This document shows positions 28,615 to 36,252 of a stretch of 45,959 nt of DNA, one piece after another (the stretch's first letter is position 1; every line of letters begins with the position of its first letter). The notes under the pieces were generated by a model. It searched no databases. It was not told the DNA's origin and saw only the letters and a list, made by a program, of their open reading frames with translations. Source of the DNA: Actinomycetota bacterium. GTDB lineage: Bacteria > Actinomycetota > Acidimicrobiia > Acidimicrobiales > Ilumatobacteraceae. Made by a program: the position numbers and the translations under genes. The DNA lies in NCBI GenBank assembly GCA_043746045.1, contig JAYTRT010000236.1, forward strand, positions 1 to 45,959, in the 5' to 3' direction.

Positions 28615-28654
28615 CGAAACACGATTGTGACGTGCGTCGCAAACGTCTGTTTCG
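28615..28654. promoter_or_regulatory. nested 40 bp palindrome (candidate operator or leader hairpin) 15 nt upstream of the module-1 start
   Basis: Outer arms CGAAACA/TGTTTCG enclose the near-perfect 18 bp palindrome TTGTGACGTGCGTCGCAA. Lies in the divergent intergenic region between the MBL gene and 28670. Confidence 0.4.
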
Positions 28655-28669
28655 GCTACCGTCGGCGAG

Positions 28670-30127
28670 GTGCCGACCACTGCGCCGAACATTGTCCCGC
28701 CGATTCTTCCCGACGGCCTCGTCGTGGTCGTCAAACGCGAATGCGCAACATGCGCAATGGTCGTTCCGGCGTTGATCCGCATCGCCGACCACGGCGGGCT
28801 GACCGTCTACACACAGGACGATCCGACCTTCCCGGATGGCATGCATTCGGTGCACGACGCAGACCTCGCAGTCAGCTGGCACCACGACATCGAGACGGTG
28901 CCGACGTTGATGCGCGTCGTCGACGGGTTGGAGACCGAGCGCACCGTTGGATGGCTGCGCGATGCGTGGCGGACGATGACGGGCATCGACGATCTCGGCG
29001 AGGAGCTGCCCGTGATGCGGCCCGGATGCGGATCGATGTCGGTCGATCCCGACCGGGTCGACGGGCTGCGAGCCCGTTTCACCGGCAGCATGCTCCACGC
29101 TCGCCGGGTCGAGGTGGCCGACGCCGAGGACGAGATGGAGGCCATGTTCGACCGCGGCTGGACCGACGGTCTGCCCGTCGTTGCGCCCACTGAAGCGCGT
29201 GTGCTGAGGATGCTGACGGGCACGACCAGGCAGCCCGGCGACATCGTCGCGGTCGTGGCTCCGGACCTCGTCGACGTGACCGTCGAGAAGATCGCGATCA
29301 ATGCCGTGATGGCCGGCTGTCGACCTGAATTCCTGCCGTGGGTGATCGCCGCGTTGGAGGCGGTGTGCAACAGCGAGTTCAACATCCACGGCGTCCTGGC
29401 GACGACCATGCCCGTCGGACCGGTCATCGTCTGCAATGGCCCCGGTACCCGCAGCATCGGAATGAACAGTGGCATCAATGTGCTCGGGCAGGGCAACCGG
29501 GCCAACCTCACCATCGGACGCGCCGTCCAATTGGTGATCCGCAATGTCGGGGGCGGTCGGCCGGGCGAGGTCGACCGAGCCACGCACGGCAACCCCGGCA
29601 AGATCAGCTTCTGTTTCGCCGAGGACGACGTGCATTCGCCGTTCACCTCGCTGTCCGTCGAGCGCGGATTCGCCGCTGACGACGACACCGTCACCGTGTT
29701 CGCCGGAGAAGGCCCGCGGTGCGTCGTCGACCAACTCGCCCGCGATCCAGATCAGCTGGCGACCACGTTCGCAGCGTGTCTGCGCACTCTCCACAACCCG
29801 AAGATCGTGATGGCGTTCGACGCGATCGTGGTGATGGGGCCAGAGCATGCCCGGGTCTTCGCCGACGCCGGCTGGAACCGCGAGCGAGTGCTCGCCGAGA
29901 TCCACGCAAGGTTGCAGATCCCGGGTTCCGAACTGGTTCGGGGTGCCGGTGGGATCGCCGAAGGTGTACCGGCGCATCTCGCCGACGCGACGCTGCCGAA
30001 GTTCCGTCCGAACGGCATTCTGCTCGTCCATGCCGGAGGAGGCGCCGGATTGTTCTCGACGATCATCGGTGGATGGGCGAACGGCGAGGTCGGCAGTCAA
30101 CCGGTGACACGCAGAGTTGGATCCTGA
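28670..30127 (+). CDS. thioredoxin-like (CxxC) domain fused to a conserved domain of unknown function; large subunit of redox module copy 1
   Basis: N-terminus VVVVKRECATCAMVVPAL... has thioredoxin-fold character. The C-terminal ~350 aa is clearly paralogous to 39959..41020, sharing GW(T/G)DGLP(V/L)VAPT, INAV(M/L)AGC, GxGNRAN and (T/A)(I/V)GRAV. The antisense 671 aa ORF is noise. Confidence 0.7.
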   Translation: MPTTAPNIVPPILPDGLVVVVKRECATCAMVVPALIRIADHGGLTVYTQDDPTFPDGMHSVHDADLAVSWHHDIETVPTLMRVVDGLETERTVGWLRDAWRTMTGIDDLGEELPVMRPGCGSMSVDPDRVDGLRARFTGSMLHARRVEVADAEDEMEAMFDRGWTDGLPVVAPTEARVLRMLTGTTRQPGDIVAVVAPDLVDVTVEKIAINAVMAGCRPEFLPWVIAALEAVCNSEFNIHGVLATTMPVGPVIVCNGPGTRSIGMNSGINVLGQGNRANLTIGRAVQLVIRNVGGGRPGEVDRATHGNPGKISFCFAEDDVHSPFTSLSVERGFAADDDTVTVFAGEGPRCVVDQLARDPDQLATTFAACLRTLHNPKIVMAFDAIVVMGPEHARVFADAGWNRERVLAEIHARLQIPGSELVRGAGGIAEGVPAHLADATLPKFRPNGILLVHAGGGAGLFSTIIGGWANGEVGSQPVTRRVGS

Positions 30128-30154
30128 GTCTGTCGAGCATGGAAGACTGGACCG

Positions 30155-30694
30155 ATGAGCTCGACCCTTCTCGACCCGACCAACGAGCGCCGGCTCGCTG
30201 AACTCACCCGCTGCCCTCGACCGCCATCGGTGAAGGGTCTCACGGTTGGGCTGTTGGACATCTCCAAGGCTCGCGGCGATGTGTTCCTCGACCGACTCGA
30301 CGTGTTGCTGACCGACCTCGGCGCGAACGTCGAACGGTTCCGCAAGCCGACGTTCACGAAGCCGGCTCCCGTCGACCTCCGCCACGAGATCGCCAGCCGA
30401 TGTCACGTGGTCATCGAGGCGCTCGCCGATTGAGGCAGTTGCACGTCGTGCAGTGTGCACGACATCGTGGATCTGGAGCGTCGGGGCATCCCCGCGATGT
30501 TCATCGCCAGCGACGAGTTCTTCACCGCCGCTGAAGCGCAGTCGACGTCCCTCGGCTTTCCCACCGTCGCACGAGTGTTCACCCCACACCCCGTGCAAGA
30601 CCGCACCGACGACGAGCTACGCTCCTACGCCGACGCGGCCCTCCCCCACATCCTCGCCGCCATTACCACCCCCACCCCCACCCCCGAACCCTGA
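30155..30694 (+). CDS. UGSC-motif putative selenoprotein (TGA 30431-30433 read as Sec93); small subunit of redox module copy 1
   Basis: Track ORFs 30155..30433 and 30455..30694 are in the same frame, separated by the TGA and 7 sense codons (21 nt). The read-through product ...VVIEALAD-U-GSCTSCSVHDIVDLERRGIPAMFIASDEF...PHPV aligns across the TGA with paralogue 41085.. (...IVITGAAD-C-GSCTAYSVFDAIALEKHGIPTVVVTTTEF...PHPL). A hairpin starts 11 nt after the TGA. The second ORF has no SD. Confidence 0.7.
30434..30474 (+). promoter_or_regulatory. candidate bacterial SECIS stem-loop
   Basis: Core stem GTCGTGCA (30445-30452) / TGCACGAC (30456-30463) with a G/U-containing apical GUG. It can extend with CAC/GTG and CAG/CTG pairs. 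The core starts 11 nt after the UGA. Confidence 0.45.
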
Positions 30695-30835
30695 AGGTTC
30701 TGCGATCGTTTTCGCCCCCTCTGGCGCGCTTTTGACCGCAAACTCTTGCAAGCAGTCCGCGCGACGGCAAATGCTTGCATTTGTTAGCGCCCAAAAGCGC
30801 GCTCTGGGGGTCGAAAACGCTCGCAGAACTTTTCA
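30693..30835. repeat. ~140 bp low-GC imperfect palindrome (REP/MITE-like element or long bidirectional terminator)
   Basis: Left arm GAAGGTTCTGCGATCGTTTTCGCCCCCTCTGGCGCGCTTTTG (30693-30734) pairs with right arm CAAAAGCGCGCTCTGGGGGTCGAAAACGCTCGCAGAACTTTTC (30792-30834). The paired runs are 9, 8, 5 and 10 bp. The central ~57 bp is AT-richer and has its own partial dyad. The element exactly fills the gap between two convergent stop codons. Confidence 0.6.
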
Positions 30836-31786
30836 GTGGGGGAGGTGGTAGGTGGCGGTGGTCGGGTCGAAATCGGCCAGTCCGTCGGCGGCGAGAGTGG
30901 CCGCGACCCGTTCTGCGCGCTGCTGCTGGCCGGGCCACGCCATCACCGCTGTCAATGCGTCGATGTGGACGTCTGCCGCTCCGAGGGCTTTGATCAGACG
31001 GCCCCTCCCCTGCCGGTCCGACCCTTCGAAGCGACTCTGTGTTCCGCTCACGCCGAACGAACCAACAGCGGGATCGGCACCGACACCGTGGAACTCGCAA
31101 TCCTGCAACAGCGGACACTCGGCACACCGGGGCCGTGACGGACGGCAGAGCGCTGCGCCGAGATCCATGATGCACTGGTTCCACGCCCACGACTGATCGA
31201 CAGGCAGTGCGGCGTCGGCCATCGCCTGGGCCTCGCGCCCTGTCAGTCGACGCCCGCTGACACGGGCCAGGACCCGGGCGATATTGGTGTCGACGACGGC
31301 TGCCTCGCGCTCGAAAGCGAATGCGAGCAGTGCCCGTGCCGTGTACGCGCCGACGCCGGGCAGTTCGAGCAGCGTGGGCAACGTGTTCGGAAACGAACCG
31401 AGTTCGGCGATGCGTACGGCAGCGGCGTGGAGGTTGAGAGCGCGTCTCGGGTAGCCGAGTCCCTGCCACGTTCGGAGTACGTCGCCGAGGCTTGCACCGG
31501 CGCAGATCGTCGGCGTCGGGAACACGTCGAGGAACGCGAACCACTTCGGGATGACGCGATCGACCTGGGTCTGTTGCAGCATCACCTCGCTGACGAGCAC
31601 CGCCCAGGGGTCCCTCGTGCGCCGCCACGGTAGGTCGCGCAGTTGGGCCAGCCCCCAGCTCAGGACCCGGTCAGCGGCCGCTTCGTGCACCCGTGCAACC
31701 TCGAACCGGCTCAGCGAGTGCTCGTCGGACCGGCCGACACGAACTTCACGCGTCCCAGACGTGCTCGCCGTCGTACGGGCGCGCAC
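30833..31786 (-). CDS. mutY: A/G-specific adenine DNA glycosylase
   Basis: HhH-GPD core (LPGVGAYTARALLAFAF, VDTN) and a 4Fe-4S loop CRPSRPRCAECPLLQDC. The start is uncertain: ATG 31786 overlaps the MaoC gene by 41 nt, and GTG 31690 is an alternative. Confidence 0.85.
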   Translation of the reverse strand: MRARTTASTSGTREVRVGRSDEHSLSRFEVARVHEAAADRVLSWGLAQLRDLPWRRTRDPWAVLVSEVMLQQTQVDRVIPKWFAFLDVFPTPTICAGASLGDVLRTWQGLGYPRRALNLHAAAVRIAELGSFPNTLPTLLELPGVGAYTARALLAFAFEREAAVVDTNIARVLARVSGRRLTGREAQAMADAALPVDQSWAWNQCIMDLGAALCRPSRPRCAECPLLQDCEFHGVGADPAVGSFGVSGTQSRFEGSDRQGRGRLIKALGAADVHIDALTAVMAWPGQQQRAERVAATLAADGLADFDPTTATYHLPH

Positions 31787-32261
31787 GCGGCGGCGCGAAC
31801 TCGCGCTTCCAGATCAGCACTTTGCGCCTGAAGTAGCAGACCTCTTTGCCGTCCTGGTTGAAGCCTTTCGACTCGACCGTGACGATGCCGCGATCAGGTT
31901 TCGACGACGATGGCTTGACCTCGAGCACCCTCGTCTCGGCGTGGATCGTGTCCCCGTGGAACGTCGGGAACTTGTGCTGCAGCGTTTCGACCTCGAGGTT
32001 GGCGATCGCGGCACCACTCACGTCGGGCACGCTCATCCCGAGCACCAGCGAATAGACGAGGTTGCCGACGACGACGTTGCGACCCTGCACACTCTGCTCG
32101 GCAAACCAGTCGTTGGTGTGCAACGGATGGTGGTTCATCGTGATCATGCAGAACAGATGGTCGTCGTATTCCGTGATGGTCTTGCCCGGCCAGTGCTTGT
32201 AGATGTCGCCGACGGTGAAGTCTTCGAGGTGACGGCCGAACGGTCGCTCAAACGTGCTCAT
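31746..32261 (-). CDS. MaoC family (R)-specific enoyl-CoA hydratase/dehydratase
   Basis: 171 aa hot-dog fold pattern FTVGDIY...ITEYDDHLFCMITMNHHPLH... Confidence 0.85.
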   Translation of the reverse strand: MSTFERPFGRHLEDFTVGDIYKHWPGKTITEYDDHLFCMITMNHHPLHTNDWFAEQSVQGRNVVVGNLVYSLVLGMSVPDVSGAAIANLEVETLQHKFPTFHGDTIHAETRVLEVKPSSSKPDRGIVTVESKGFNQDGKEVCYFRRKVLIWKREFAPPRARPYDGEHVWDA

Positions 32262-32276
32262 CCGGGGGACGCTACT

Positions 32277-33599
32277 TCAGGTGTCGTCGTCGCCGAAGTC
32301 CTGAAAAAGGTCGAGTGGCATCTCGTTGGTGACATCAGTCAGCCGGGTCTCGATCTGCGGCCGGGTCTCGATCTGCGGCCGGGTCTCGATGTGCGCCCGG
32401 GTGTCTGTGTCCGTCTCGGTGACGGTGACGGTCTCCGGTGGGTTGTCTCGCTTGGTCTCGGCAGTCGGATCCTCCTTCGGTCTTCGTGGCGAGAACTGCT
32501 CGTGGAACTGCAGGGGGCCGAGGTTGCGGTCCTCCTTACTGAGCACGACATCGCGGATGCTCTTCAACTGGTCTCGTCGCTCGATCCGCCACGGTCCGAC
32601 GCGCAGCGTGAGGTAGAGGATCCCACCGAGCAGGATCGGGAAGAACAATTGCGCCAGTCGGTAGGACGCGACACCGAGGGAAGCCGTCGCGCGGTCCAGG
32701 CCGAATCCGATCAACGTGGGTACGTAGACGCCTTCGACGATGCCGAGGCCACCGGGTGTGATCGGGATGACGGCAGCGATGTTGGCGAGACCGAACGACA
32801 CGATCAGCCCGTCGATGCTCAACCCGTGACCGTACGCGCGCAAGAAGACCCAGAGGGCAGCAGCATCCAACAGCCAATTGGCCGCCGCCCACCCGACGAC
32901 TCGACGGAGCAGCGCACGATCCGAAACCAATTCCTCGATGCGAACACCGATGTGACGAACCGCATCGCCGGCTCTGTCCTCGTCCTGACGCAGCCGTCGG
33001 GCGATCCAGCGCAACGCCCGCTCGGCGCGCGTCTGGCCTTCCATCAGCCCGAACACGATCGCTGCGGCGAGTCCCATGATGAGGACACCGGCGATGGCCG
33101 CTGTCACGTATGCCTTGTTGAGGCCGTTGAAGGGGATCGAGATGATCAGGCCGAACCAGAAGATCAGGTTGAGGACGACTGCCGATCCGAGCCCGGCCGT
33201 TCCGAGCGCGAAGCCAGCATCCGGTCCAGGGATGCCAGACACGGTCATCAGTCGGTATCCGAGCGCGGAGCTGGCGGCCGTGCCGCCCGGCACGACGCTG
33301 CCGAGCGCCCTCGTGCTCATCTGGATGCGGAACATCCGCAGCGACGAGACCAATTTGCCCGACTCGCCCAACGCCGCTCGGGTGAGGAGCGAATAGCAAT
33401 ACAGGGCAGCCAACTCGAGGCCGAGTCCGATCACGAGCAGGAACGGATTGACCTCTTTCAGCTCGTGCGCCGCTCGACGGAAACCGGGGATCAGGGGAAG
33501 GACGAAGACGTAGATGACGATGACGAACGCCAACAACTTGATCCCGGAGCGGATCCTTCCGCGCGGTTTGCGCAGCGGGGCGGTCATCTCCTCTGCCAC
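32277..33599 (-). CDS. UPF0104/YbhN-like (lysylphosphatidylglycerol synthase TM-region family) membrane protein
   Basis: Multiple TM helices and an IPITPGGLGIVEG signature. Acidic, repetitive C-terminal tail. Confidence 0.75.
   Translation of the reverse strand: MAEEMTAPLRKPRGRIRSGIKLLAFVIVIYVFVLPLIPGFRRAAHELKEVNPFLLVIGLGLELAALYCYSLLTRAALGESGKLVSSLRMFRIQMSTRALGSVVPGGTAASSALGYRLMTVSGIPGPDAGFALGTAGLGSAVVLNLIFWFGLIISIPFNGLNKAYVTAAIAGVLIMGLAAAIVFGLMEGQTRAERALRWIARRLRQDEDRAGDAVRHIGVRIEELVSDRALLRRVVGWAAANWLLDAAALWVFLRAYGHGLSIDGLIVSFGLANIAAVIPITPGGLGIVEGVYVPTLIGFGLDRATASLGVASYRLAQLFFPILLGGILYLTLRVGPWRIERRDQLKSIRDVVLSKEDRNLGPLQFHEQFSPRRPKEDPTAETKRDNPPETVTVTETDTDTRAHIETRPQIETRPQIETRLTDVTNEMPLDLFQDFGDDDT
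32342..32395. repeat. 3 x 18 bp in-frame tandem repeat (GCCGGGTCTCGATCTGCG) encoding (IETRPQ)3 near a gene 3' end
   Basis: Read directly. Units at 32342, 32360 and 32378. Confidence 0.95.
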
Positions 33600-33654
33600 C
33601 CGTACTTGTTAGCACAGCGAGTGTCAACCGACCTGGGAGTCCCCTGCGTCGGCC

Positions 33655-34683
33655 TCAGCCCCTTGAACCGCCATCCACGGGAAAGGCTCCGATCAATGCG
33701 TCCAGTTTCGGGAACAATGGGGCTCGGACCGCAGCCGGGATCTTGGCCAGGTGCACGACGACCAAGTCGCGTTCGGGAAGGACCACGATGAACTGCCCCT
33801 CGTACCCGTGCGCTGCGACGCTGCCGGGCTGATCCCGCCAGATCCACCAGTGCGCGCCATATCCGAAGTTCGGCGGCTCCTCGTCGACAGCGACCTCGGT
33901 CCTCGCGTACTGCATCCAGCCCTCGGGCAGCAGCCGTTGTCGGTCCCACACCCCGTCGCGCAGGTACAGATAGCCGAATCGGGCGAAATCGCGAGCGGTC
34001 GCGTACACGTACGACGACCCGACGAACGTTCCGGCGGCATCGAACTTCGGGTCGGCACTCGCCATGCCCAGCGGCCCGAACAGGCGCGTCGCGAGAAAAT
34101 CGCGCATCGTCGCTTCACTCGGTCGGCCGTTGCCGATGATGGTTCCGGCCAACCGGCTGATGATGTTGGTGGTCCCGGACGAGTAGTTCCAGACGGTGCC
34201 CGGCGGATGTTGCAGTCGCTGACTCGCTGCGAAGTGAGCATGGTCGTCCTGACCGGCTCCGAACAGCATCTCGAGACAGTGTGAGACGGAATCGTCGACG
34301 TAGTCCTCGACGAACTCGAGCCCCGATTTCATCGCAAGTAGCTGACGCACGGTGATCGCGCTCTTGTCGGTGCCGACGAACTCGGGAACCGCGGCCGGCT
34401 CGTCGATGTCGATCAGCCCGTCACCGACGAGCATCCCGACGACGGCCTGGGTCATGCTCTTGGCCATGCTCCACGAGATCAGCGTCGTCGACGCATCGGT
34501 CTCCGCGCCGTACTGCTCGACGACGAGCCGACCCCGGTGGATCGCAATCGTCGCCAAGGTCGTGCCGAGTTCCGCTGGGGTGTCGGCGATCTGTTGCAGT
34601 GCTCGGGCGACCGCAGCAGCGTCGACGTCGTCGGCGAGCCCCGCCGTCTCCCACTCGGCGCTGGGCCACGTCGCGTCTGTCAC
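33655..34683 (-). CDS. serine hydrolase, beta-lactamase (class C)/PBP4*-like family
   Basis: SxxK motif SWSMAKS and a YSSG-type motif WNYSSGT. Inner GTG (VTDATWPSAEWE...) chosen because the track's 5' extension is Arg-rich noise and would overlap the divergent gene. Confidence 0.8.
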   Translation of the reverse strand: MTDATWPSAEWETAGLADDVDAAAVARALQQIADTPAELGTTLATIAIHRGRLVVEQYGAETDASTTLISWSMAKSMTQAVVGMLVGDGLIDIDEPAAVPEFVGTDKSAITVRQLLAMKSGLEFVEDYVDDSVSHCLEMLFGAGQDDHAHFAASQRLQHPPGTVWNYSSGTTNIISRLAGTIIGNGRPSEATMRDFLATRLFGPLGMASADPKFDAAGTFVGSSYVYATARDFARFGYLYLRDGVWDRQRLLPEGWMQYARTEVAVDEEPPNFGYGAHWWIWRDQPGSVAAHGYEGQFIVVLPERDLVVVHLAKIPAAVRAPLFPKLDALIGAFPVDGGSRG

Positions 34684-34730
34684 GTCTCGGAACGTAGCCG
34701 AGAAACGACACCGACTGGCAAGCTGGTGAC

Positions 34731-35528
34731 ATGACTCAGAGCGATGCCTGGCTCGACGAGATCGAGACGTGGCTGGCGACGTTCGACGAGATCGCACCGG
34801 GCGCGGTCGAGGGCCTCTACGTCGTTGGTTCGGCGTCAATGAACGACTGGCAGGAAGCGTCGAGTGACATCGACATCATTGCCGTGACGGCGGAGCCGGC
34901 AGACGAGGAGATGGCCGGCACCCTGCTGACGGCGAGCGCCGTGTATGCGCAACGCCATTCGCGACGTTCGATCGACGGCCCGTTCGTCGCGTGGGGCGAT
35001 CTCGTGGTTCCGGCACAGAGCATCACGCGACCATGGAACCTCGACGGCATCTTCCATCACGACGCGGAGTGCTTCGAGATCAATCCTGTGACGTGGTTCA
35101 CGCTGGCCAAATACGGCGTGCGTATCCGCGGCCCTCAGCCGTCCGAGATGCCGATTGCATTCGACGCCGACGAACGAGTTCGCTTCGTGATCGACAATTC
35201 GAATTCGTATTGGCACAGCGTGCATGCCGAACTCGACGGCGCGATCGGCGAACTCGGCGTCTCGGACACACTTCCCAGTTCGGTGCCGGTGTGGTGCCTG
35301 CTCGGCGCATGCCGGATGCTGTACACCGCAACCACAGCGGATATCACGTCGAAGTCAGCGGCCGGCCGTTGGGCTGCCGGTGTGCTCGGCGACGAACACC
35401 GAGCGATCTGCGATGCAGTCGTCTCGATGCGCGCCGAGCCCGAACATCAGGTGCGCAGGGAGCAACTGATCGCGACCGAGGCGGCGATGCGCAACGTCCT
35501 TGAACGAATGGCCGCGCTCACGACGTGA
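34731..35528 (+). CDS. nucleotidyltransferase domain protein (aminoglycoside adenylyltransferase/ANT-like with DUF4111-like C-terminus)
   Basis: GS-x10-SDIDI pattern (VVGSASMNDWQEASSDIDIIAV) in a 265 aa product. Confidence 0.68.
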   Translation: MTQSDAWLDEIETWLATFDEIAPGAVEGLYVVGSASMNDWQEASSDIDIIAVTAEPADEEMAGTLLTASAVYAQRHSRRSIDGPFVAWGDLVVPAQSITRPWNLDGIFHHDAECFEINPVTWFTLAKYGVRIRGPQPSEMPIAFDADERVRFVIDNSNSYWHSVHAELDGAIGELGVSDTLPSSVPVWCLLGACRMLYTATTADITSKSAAGRWAAGVLGDEHRAICDAVVSMRAEPEHQVRREQLIATEAAMRNVLERMAALTT

Positions 35529-35547
35529 GAAGTCACGCCGTGACGAG

Positions 35548-36171
35548 TCAGATCGTGTCGAGGTCGATCCATTTGTGCGGTGTGGACGGTGCGGGTGCCG
35601 TTGCCAGGTCGAGCACGTCAGCCACGTTCGTGCCGCGTTGGGCGAGCGCAGCATGTTCGGGCTTGACGAACCCGGAGTCCACTGCCGACGCGAACATCGC
35701 GATCAGCGGTGCATAGAAACCGTCGACGTCGAAGAGGACGACCGGCTTACGGATGAAGCCGAGCTGGTTCCACGTCAGCACCTCGAGCAGTTCTTCGAAG
35801 GTGCCGAAACCGCCGGCCAGCGCGATGAAGCCATCGGACAGCTCGGCCATCCGGGCCTTGCGGGTGTGCATCGAATCAGCGACCTCGAGCGATGTCAGCC
35901 CGGCGTGAGCCAGTTCCGCACGAACGAGGCTCTGTGGAATCACACCGACCACGTTGCCGCCACCCGCCATCACCGCATCGGCCACGGCGCCCATCAGCCC
36001 GAGTCGACCGCCGCCGTACACGAGCCCGATATCCCGAGTCGCCATGGCCGTGCCGAGGTCAGTAGCCGCCTGCAGGTACGCGGGCGATGTGCCGACATTC
36101 GTGCCGCAGTAGACGCAGAGGCGCTTTGACGGCCCCGGCAGGGCGGATTCGGGCATCGATGGTTCTGACAT
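35548..36171 (-). CDS. LOG family cytokinin riboside 5'-monophosphate phosphoribohydrolase-like protein (TIGR00730)
   Basis: YGGGRLGLMGAV and LAGGFGTFEEL motifs. Inner ATG (MSEPSMPES...). Confidence 0.85.
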   Translation of the reverse strand: MSEPSMPESALPGPSKRLCVYCGTNVGTSPAYLQAATDLGTAMATRDIGLVYGGGRLGLMGAVADAVMAGGGNVVGVIPQSLVRAELAHAGLTSLEVADSMHTRKARMAELSDGFIALAGGFGTFEELLEVLTWNQLGFIRKPVVLFDVDGFYAPLIAMFASAVDSGFVKPEHAALAQRGTNVADVLDLATAPAPSTPHKWIDLDTI

Positions 36172-36252
36172 CCGTGGAGTTTGCCAGTACGGGCGCTGTT
36201 CCGTTCGGACAGTATTTCCGACGTCGGAATACTGGTCGGTAACCTTGGGATC

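Noticed and set aside
30431-30433. TGA treated as a genuine stop, giving a 92 aa protein plus an independent 79 aa protein from GTG 30455
   Set aside because: The paralogue aligns continuously across this position with Cys opposite the TGA. The second ORF lacks an SD and would begin in the middle of a conserved segment. The idea is kept only as the null hypothesis for the selenoprotein call.
28583-30598. 671 aa minus-strand ORF, the longest in this region
   Set aside because: It is antisense to two ORFs with clear paralogue and motif support. Its translation is Arg/Gly/Asp/His-rich with no recognisable motifs. Long open antisense frames are expected in high-GC DNA.
31551-33791. 746 aa plus-strand ORF spanning mutY, MaoC and the YbhN-like gene
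   Set aside because: It is an antisense artefact. Its composition is Arg/Asp/Pro-rich and it overlaps three minus-strand genes that carry unmistakable family motifs.
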